Positions 58,258 through 64,000 of a stretch of 64,000 nt of DNA are shown piece after piece. The stretch is taken from positions 27,376 through 91,375 of the IMG/VR virus record IMGVR_UViG_3300028844_006574. One strand, 5' to 3'. The notes beneath the pieces are model-generated. The model ran no database searches. It saw only the letters and a list, made by a program, of their open reading frames with translations, and had not been told where the DNA came from. The stretch comes from a virus. Position 1 is the first letter of the stretch; each line of letters starts with the position of its first letter. The translations under genes were made by a program, and so were the position numbers.

Positions 58258-58911
58258 ATGTCACGACCCACAATCGTAATACCAGCACGTGCTGGTAGCA
58301 AGGGATGGCCCCGGAAAAATTTGAAACTGTTTGACCATACAGCTCAAATCATTCCGGATGAACATCGTAAATCTGTGATAGTGACAACTGACGACCCTGG
58401 TGTAGCTGGTATGGTAGAGACATACGGTTTCAAAGTACATGAACGTGACCCAACACTAGCACAAGATGACAGTGATATCAGAAGTGTGTTGAAGGATGTT
58501 GTGAAGCAGCGCAAAGTGGGTACCACACAGACAGTCATCATGTTGTATCTGACATACCCGCAGAGAACATGGGATGATGTGACCGGCATGTACAACAATT
58601 TTGTATCAACCAAAGCTCGGAGCATGCTATGTGGTCAACCGGTCAGAACTCACCCTTGTTTGACAATGTTTGCTGACAAAGACATGGCTGGTAGACAAGT
58701 GATACCACACGAGTATTACCAACGACAACAATACCCGGATTGCTTTGAACTGTCACATTACATGTGCATGTTCCGCGCGGGAGAGTTGAACAAATTGAAC
58801 AAAAACATGTACAATGAACAAACAAAATACTATCAAATAGACAGAGTAGTTGACGTTGACAGTGAACAAGACTATAAAAATTATATAGAAACATATGAAC
58901 ATAAAGATTAA
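58258..58911 (+). CDS. neuA: CMP-nonulosonate synthetase (acylneuraminate cytidylyltransferase)
   Basis: IVIPARAGSKGWPRKN, VTTDD, LAQD, LYLTYPQR, QRQQYP, VDVDSEQD; start moved to the ATG at 58258. Confidence 0.9.
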   Translation: MSRPTIVIPARAGSKGWPRKNLKLFDHTAQIIPDEHRKSVIVTTDDPGVAGMVETYGFKVHERDPTLAQDDSDIRSVLKDVVKQRKVGTTQTVIMLYLTYPQRTWDDVTGMYNNFVSTKARSMLCGQPVRTHPCLTMFADKDMAGRQVIPHEYYQRQQYPDCFELSHYMCMFRAGELNKLNKNMYNEQTKYYQIDRVVDVDSEQDYKNYIETYEHKD

Positions 58912-59107
58912 GGTTGATGAATCAAGTCCATCAAGTGTCAAAGCTACAATGTATGCTGCTGACACCAATTCTAATGTAGGTACACTGTGGATGACTCGAG
59001 AGGAGTTCACACAGTTCGTAGACACACTCACATTCGGTGTTTCAGATGGTGAAACATTGGATGTAGTGGATGATCACGATGTATCAGAGCGTTATGATGA
59101 GGATTGA
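58895..59107 (+). CDS. Hypothetical protein
   Basis: 70 aa acidic ORF overlapping the neuA end. Confidence 0.55.
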   Translation: MNIKIKVDESSPSSVKATMYAADTNSNVGTLWMTREEFTQFVDTLTFGVSDGETLDVVDDHDVSERYDED

Positions 59108-59421
59108 TGGATAATCATTTCGAAGTAATTCTTGACAGGATCAAACAACTGACAGAACAATCTGGTGTGACTGTTTGGTTCGAGATACCGGACACAGCAG
59201 GTAAAATACCAGTGTTGGTGTTGATAAATGAACATAACAAGATTGGTATGATAACAGTTGATTATTCTGCTAAACTACCGGAGTTGAAATCATACAAGCT
59301 GACCAAACCTATATATGATCAGTTGATCGACACCGGTTTTGAATTGAAGTGTTTGGAAAAATTCAACAAAAAAACATTTGATACAGCTAAGCTTATCAAA
59401 TGGGTTGTTGCTACTAGTTAA
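59107..59421 (+). CDS. Hypothetical protein
   Basis: TGATG coupling to the previous gene. Confidence 0.55.
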   Translation: MDNHFEVILDRIKQLTEQSGVTVWFEIPDTAGKIPVLVLINEHNKIGMITVDYSAKLPELKSYKLTKPIYDQLIDTGFELKCLEKFNKKTFDTAKLIKWVVATS

Positions 59422-59422
59422 G

Positions 59423-59659
59423 CTACTCGAATTCAGTATGTAAGAACGTGCTGGTTATTGTGTCACATGGATGTACACTTGCCCGGAACAGTTCAACATA
59501 TCCTAACTGCTTGAGTCTACGAACTAACGGAGCGTAAAAGTCATGCTGAGTATTTGTAAGAATACTTTTGTTAAATGTGTCAGTTACAACATATCTACAA
59601 AACTCTTCACAAACCGCTACAGCTCTTGATTCAAGCATTTGCGTGTTGTCTTCGTCCAT
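59423..59659 (-). CDS. Hypothetical late protein
   Basis: TAAATA 5 nt upstream on the minus strand; fills an otherwise empty gap. Confidence 0.55.
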   Translation of the reverse strand: MDEDNTQMLESRAVAVCEEFCRYVVTDTFNKSILTNTQHDFYAPLVRRLKQLGYVELFRASVHPCDTITSTFLHTEFE

Positions 59660-59710
59660 ACAATTATTTATTCTGTTGAGTTTTATCTTCCCGGTAAATA
59701 AATAACTTTG

Positions 59711-60244
59711 ATGAGTGAAACATTTGAAGAAGTTATATTATCAGTAGCAAACATAAGACAAGGTAACTTGTTGATACCTGCTAAGTTAGCGGCTGATAAA
59801 CCGGACACCGGTGTCAAAATACTCAAAAAGAGTGCTTATTATGTTATCAAAGATTGTGCCAGTATAACATGTCAATACGTACCGTTTCTAGCATATGCTA
59901 GCATTGACAAGCCATTGGAATCACTGAAGGGGTTCCCAACCAAAGAAACCATCGTAGACTTCGTAAAAAGATCCAAAACAGAACACCATACAAACCAGTT
60001 ACTCACACTAGTGTTTGCTGATATAAGCAAGGTGAGCCCACCTAAAGTGACAATCAATGTGGATAAAGGACCCGAGTTCAATTTCAACAATGAAGATGGT
60101 CCATACGGTGATTATAATTACGATGGTTATCTAGACAAAGACGATTACATCATACATGATCCAGAGGTGGTGATCGAAAAAATTGACATGACCGATGAGA
60201 ACTTAGTTGTTAATAAATTGGTAGAAGTGTTTGATGCTAAGTGA
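59711..60244 (+). CDS. Hypothetical late protein
   Basis: Tandem TAAATA upstream; ATG at 59711. Confidence 0.6.
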   Translation: MSETFEEVILSVANIRQGNLLIPAKLAADKPDTGVKILKKSAYYVIKDCASITCQYVPFLAYASIDKPLESLKGFPTKETIVDFVKRSKTEHHTNQLLTLVFADISKVSPPKVTINVDKGPEFNFNNEDGPYGDYNYDGYLDKDDYIIHDPEVVIEKIDMTDENLVVNKLVEVFDAK

Positions 60245-60263
60245 CTTTTGAATAAATAAACAT

Positions 60264-60443
60264 ATGAGTGATACACATGATAACATTGTTGAAGCAATTG
60301 ATGCATATTTAGAAGAGAACGCCAAATTCGAGGAGAAGGGTAACAAAGCCGCTGGTACACGTGCTCGCAAAGCTTTGATGGATCTCAAAAAACTCGCTAC
60401 AGAACGTAGAAAAGAGATCCAAGAACAAAAGAACGCGGAGTAA
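60264..60443 (+). CDS. Hc1-like (histone H1-like family) small protein, 59 aa (absent from ORF track)
   Basis: MSDTHDNIVEAIDAYLEENAKFEEKGNKAAGTRARKALMDLKKLATERRKEIQEQKNAE*; KGNKAAGTRARK is the Hc1 N-terminal-domain signature. Confidence 0.85.
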   Translation: MSDTHDNIVEAIDAYLEENAKFEEKGNKAAGTRARKALMDLKKLATERRKEIQEQKNAE

Positions 60444-60448
60444 CCTCA

Positions 60449-60871
60449 ATGGACACGGACGCTCATCGTCTCGTGATGTTGTACGAGAGCATGAAAAACA
60501 AGCGACGTGTCAGCAAAGTGGTGATCATCAACAATGACAAAATTTTGTTGATGCAAAAAAATGGTAGTCTCAAATGGGAACTTCCTGGTGGGCACGTGCT
60601 ACCAAAAGAGGACATGATCAAAGGCGCGTGTAGAGAGGTTCGAGAAGAAACCGGTATCAAACTAGATCCGGAGTTTCTAGAAAAACTTGACTCTTCCAAG
60701 AGCAGTGGTTATAAATGTAAATGGTACCGATATGATTTACCTGTCAAACAAAAAATAAAAATGAGTGACGAGCACGTGAATTACAAATGGGTAGCAAAAA
60801 ACAAACTCGATGATTACGAATTATCAGATAGTACCAATCACTTGGCTATAGTTAGTTCGTACGGTGGATGA
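60449..60871 (+). CDS. NUDIX hydrolase
   Basis: Nudix box WELPGGHVLPKEDMIKGACREVREETGI; SDEH...KW. Confidence 0.92.
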   Translation: MDTDAHRLVMLYESMKNKRRVSKVVIINNDKILLMQKNGSLKWELPGGHVLPKEDMIKGACREVREETGIKLDPEFLEKLDSSKSSGYKCKWYRYDLPVKQKIKMSDEHVNYKWVAKNKLDDYELSDSTNHLAIVSSYGG

Positions 60872-61086
60872 AACACCCACAAGTCGGGGACTTGGTCAAG
60901 ATCAAGTTCGCGGGCATGACCCGTGTGGGACAAGTCACAGAGATATCCGGAAGTGGTTTGGACAAAAAATGGGTTGTATTAGCTCAAGGAGTTTATTATC
61001 CTTGCCTGGTGCTTGACAATTCTTCAGCACATCATATAATAGAACATGTAAAGGATGATATCGATACTACCGGAACACGCACCTGA
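60868..61086 (+). CDS. Small SH3/KOW-like hypothetical protein
   Basis: PQVGDLVKI...GQVTEI; ATGA overlap with the previous gene. Confidence 0.55.
   Translation: MKHPQVGDLVKIKFAGMTRVGQVTEISGSGLDKKWVVLAQGVYYPCLVLDNSSAHHIIEHVKDDIDTTGTRT
61013..61040 (+). promoter_or_regulatory. Sigma70-type promoter
   Basis: TTGACA (61013-18), 16 nt, TATAAT (61035-40). Confidence 0.65.
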
Positions 61087-61375
61087 ACCGAGGAAATCAA
61101 AAACGCTCAAGCTGATTGTGGCTGATGATGTGATTGGTGAGTTTTTAGAAGAAGAAGCTACATTGGCACTGAATGCATACGCGGAGGATTTCTGTACTGA
61201 TATAGCTCAGCTCGCTTTGATGGGTCCATTGAAAGGCAAAATAGATGCCGGTTCAGTTGAAATAGCGTTGAATTTCATGGTGGTGACATATGATGATGAA
61301 CAGACCGAACATGACAGATACACCGAGATGTTTCGTAAATTGGTAAAGCAAAAATTTTACTGGAACATTTTGTGA
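61055..61375 (+). CDS. Hypothetical protein
   Basis: 106 aa downstream of a consensus promoter. Confidence 0.6.
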   Translation: MISILPEHAPEPRKSKTLKLIVADDVIGEFLEEEATLALNAYAEDFCTDIAQLALMGPLKGKIDAGSVEIALNFMVVTYDDEQTEHDRYTEMFRKLVKQKFYWNIL

Positions 61376-61395
61376 TCATAATATAATATATACAT

Positions 61396-61830
61396 ATGAA
61401 AAGTTTACTTATATACATGTTACTAGTACCATTCGCGTACGGTGTTTCCACAACCTGTCCGATCATGAAAGATGATGAAATTGACCCAGAAGAAGTATCA
61501 ACTGTGTTGGATCAAACAATCGAGTTTTGTTGTGGTAGCTGTGTCAAAGCATTTGATGCCAATGTTGCATATTACATCAAAGCCATTCCGGAACTAGCTG
61601 CTAAATTCACTGATGCTCAAAAGAAACAACTCAAAGTGTGCTGTGTGAAACTTTTGGAACAGAGATATTGTCCTGTGTATCCAGACCGAATAATCAACCC
61701 CAACAGTCCCACAGTTGAATACATGGGTAAAACAATCTATTTGTGGAGCAGCAGCGCGGTGCGTAGGTGGAACAAAACACCTGATATTTACTTTCAAGAA
61801 GCTGTAGATCGTGGCCATCTGGTTAAGTAG
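61396..61830 (+). CDS. Secreted protein with two YHS-like domains
   Basis: Signal peptide MKSLLIYMLLVPFAYG; CPIM...IEFCCGSCVKAF and CPVY...VEYMGKTIYLWSSSAVRRWNKTPDIY. Confidence 0.7.
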   Translation: MKSLLIYMLLVPFAYGVSTTCPIMKDDEIDPEEVSTVLDQTIEFCCGSCVKAFDANVAYYIKAIPELAAKFTDAQKKQLKVCCVKLLEQRYCPVYPDRIINPNSPTVEYMGKTIYLWSSSAVRRWNKTPDIYFQEAVDRGHLVK

Positions 61831-62212
61831 TTTTGTTGTTTTGTTGTCATGCTGCTCTTGCATGCACCAACAAACAAAACTGACACCTGAACATACAAGA
61901 TATACACGAACACCTGAGTATCAGCAGCAGATACAACAGCTGATATCTAGAGACGCTGAAAACAAGCGATGGGCTCGTTTGATGTTGCAAGAGATAGATG
62001 TAGCCATCCAAAATGATGATTATCAATCGTATGTGTTTTTTGTACGAGAATATGAAAACATACCAAAAGAGATTGTACCGGAGCATTTGAGAAACGAGCC
62101 AGGTTACGCGCAACCAATAACAGAACTTGAGCATTATTTCCGTATTGAGATTTTTTTACCAGCGTATGTGAATCCAAACCCGTACCGACCCATTCCTGTG
62201 TATGCTGAATAA
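61811..62212 (+). CDS. Hypothetical lipoprotein-like protein
   Basis: Hydrophobic N-terminus ending LLSCCSC. Confidence 0.5.
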   Translation: MAIWLSSFVVLLSCCSCMHQQTKLTPEHTRYTRTPEYQQQIQQLISRDAENKRWARLMLQEIDVAIQNDDYQSYVFFVREYENIPKEIVPEHLRNEPGYAQPITELEHYFRIEIFLPAYVNPNPYRPIPVYAE

Positions 62213-62220
62213 ATAAAAAT

Positions 62221-63790
62221 GTGGAACCATTCAGCAAATATTATTATATTGTAACAGAACTCAAGGATACTAAACGTAACCAAGAGGACATGGTACGTGC
62301 CTATGGGTTAGACAAGTATGGTGGTTCACCAGAACAGGCCAAAGCACGAGCGGCAGAACTGATAAACTTATGGAACAAGTATGAGCCGTTGATTGGCACT
62401 GACCCGGAACAATACGGTTTTCCTAGAAACATCCGCGGGTTGAATCCTAAAGACATCTTCGCATGGAGCCGCGCGAGTAAATCCACCGGTACAGATGAAC
62501 TGGAAGCACTTCAGAATTTAGAATCCATGTTGGCCAATCTGAAAAAGGTACAGTCTCAGCGTGATCAGACCAAAAAAGAACAAGACGATTACGAGACTGT
62601 TTACAAATCAGACATGGTCACCGCGTACATACCTCGTAGTGTTGGAGCTAGTTGCAAGCTAGGAGCTGGTACCAAGTGGTGCACAGCAGCCACCAAGAGT
62701 CAAAACATGTTCAATCAATACACGGTGGATTCCGGGGTCACGTTGTATTACATTTTCACATTACATTTTCACCAAACATGATGGCAAGTACGCAGTGGCG
62801 GTTCACCCAGGTGATGCCGCTGAGATGGAATTTTTTGATGAAGAGGACAACATGATGAACCGTGAGGATCTGGACAAAATATTGAGAGATCATGGTGTGG
62901 AACAGGGTATAGCGGCTTTCATCAAATTTCCGGAACCAGAAGCCCGGTTGTGGGAGATGTGCAAACGTTACGAGGCGGGTAGTGACAACCAAAAGCAACA
63001 AATCATTTACCAGCATTATCAGAAATTGTATGACGAGATATTCAATCTGTCGTTACAGTTGGCGATGAGTCGTAAAGATGTGTATCGGCAGATGAGAGAA
63101 GAAAACGACATACCAGACAGAGCCATGCTATCTTGGAAAGGCTGGAGCTGGCACATGGACGGTTCCGGAGGTTCGGATACTGACACTGTCAGTCCAAACG
63201 CCATCATGTTCTTTTTTGAAAAAAATCTAAACCCACCAGGCACCATGCCTGATACCAACAAACAATTTCAAACAATGTTTATGGACACGTTGATGGAGTA
63301 CCACGACATGTTGCTCCGGTTGGGTACCAAAAACTCACCTCAGGAGATACATCTTGATGGCTCCGAATCGCAGAAGAAAAAGGTTGAATCATGGACCGAG
63401 ATTTCAAACACATTGGAATTGATCGCAGGTGAGAGCAAACAGGATCAATTGATCACGTATATTAAAAATCACATGAACGGGCAATGGCCGGAGCTTGGGG
63501 ACATTGTGATGGAGATGATACTGGATCGACCAGACACATCCATCAACCAGATCCAAATTGTCAGTCTGTTCAGAGTGGTGATGAGATTGAAAGGCGGGCG
63601 CTGGTCGGAGTTTGAACAGGAGATGAAACGGTACATCGAGGAGCAATCAAAACAAGGCTGGACCGATCAAACAGCCAATGTGTTGCGTTGGAGCAACATG
63701 TACAATAGTTTAGCTGCTGGTGTGATTGGGTCTCCAGATCTTATCAAGTATTTACCTACATATCAAGACGTTATAGGTAACAAGTCTTAG
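62221..63790 (+). pseudogene. Single late gene (GTKWC-motif protein, 518 aa if restored) split by a 13-bp tandem duplication
   Basis: ORFs 62221..62781 and 62795..63790 join in frame when one copy of ATTACATTTTCAC (62747-59 / 62760-72) is removed, giving ...LYYIFTKHDGKYAVAVHPGDAAEMEFFDEED... Confidence 0.8.
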
Positions 63791-63795
63791 AACTG

Positions 63796-64000
63796 TTATA
63801 TTATACAGTTACCATAATATTTAACTAAGAGTGAAATAAGATGAGAAAACTCCCCGCGACTCTGAGTAAAATATATACTCTTACACATTGTAACAAAATC
63901 TAAATCAATATCTTGGTTGTTGATCTGTAAATTAACCCCGATACCACTCTCATTAAATATATCTATAACTCTTTTTAAATATTCATCAGACTTAGCGTGG
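63796..64000 (-). CDS. 3' end of a gene cut by the window edge, possibly glycosyltransferase-like
   Basis: Reads HAKSDEYLKRVIDIFNESGIGVNLQINNQDIDLDFVTMCKSIYFTQSRGEFSHLISLLVKYYGNCII*; D.DF..M...F..S.G.FS resembles fucosyltransferase-like C-termini. Confidence 0.45.
   Translation of the reverse strand, partial: HAKSDEYLKRVIDIFNESGIGVNLQINNQDIDLDFVTMCKSIYFTQSRGEFSHLISLLVKYYGNCII

Noticed and set aside
41132-58911. Bacterial chromosome flank (prophage boundary)
   Set aside because: The host-like genes are interleaved with phage late promoters and small phage ORFs and mostly share the CCGG signature; no integrase or att site is seen.
62795-63790. Independent gene starting at GTG 62795
   Set aside because: It has no promoter or ribosome-binding signal and is the in-frame continuation of 62221 once the 13-bp duplication is removed.
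1-64000. Stop-codon reassignment
   Set aside because: Conserved genes translate full length in the standard code and end at TAA, TAG (gp23, gp21, queF) and TGA at expected positions.

Overview
This window is a gene-dense, AT-rich 64 kb segment of a large T4-like myovirus genome in the standard genetic code; I found no tRNA, rRNA or CRISPR array. All family calls are by eye from motifs; no searches were run. The left ~41 kb is mostly morphogenesis. It has baseplate and tail genes (gp26, tape-measure-like 1744 aa, gp48, gp53, gp27-like, gp25, gp6, gp7-like), large adhesin-like virion proteins, portal gp20, a neck gp13 carrying a large Thr-rich insert, gp4, a candidate holin and unimolecular spanin, and gp21, gp22 and gp23. 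Small terminase, a mannose-6-P isomerase cupin, dUTPase, clamp loader gp44 and glycosyltransferases are interspersed. The right ~23 kb is accessory: a ClpC-type ATPase, a 7-deazaguanine DNA-modification cluster (DpdA-like, PurN-like/DpdN, dGTP diphosphohydrolase, kinase, QueF), a sigma-region-4-like protein, a GT96/GT95-like protein O-glycosyltransferase, a complete PrkA/YeaG-YeaH-SpoVR operon, a NeuB-HAD-NeuA nonulosonate pathway, an Hc1-like protein, a NUDIX and a YHS protein. Main leads: (1) a candidate phage-encoded mucin-like O-glycosylation/sialylation system for the virion; (2) a candidate pre-replicative guanine-replacement pathway; (3) a phage-borne PrkA-YeaH-SpoVR system; (4) late promoters placed so that mRNAs would be leaderless; (5) strong CCGG over-representation; (6) a gene broken by an exact 13-bp tandem duplication.
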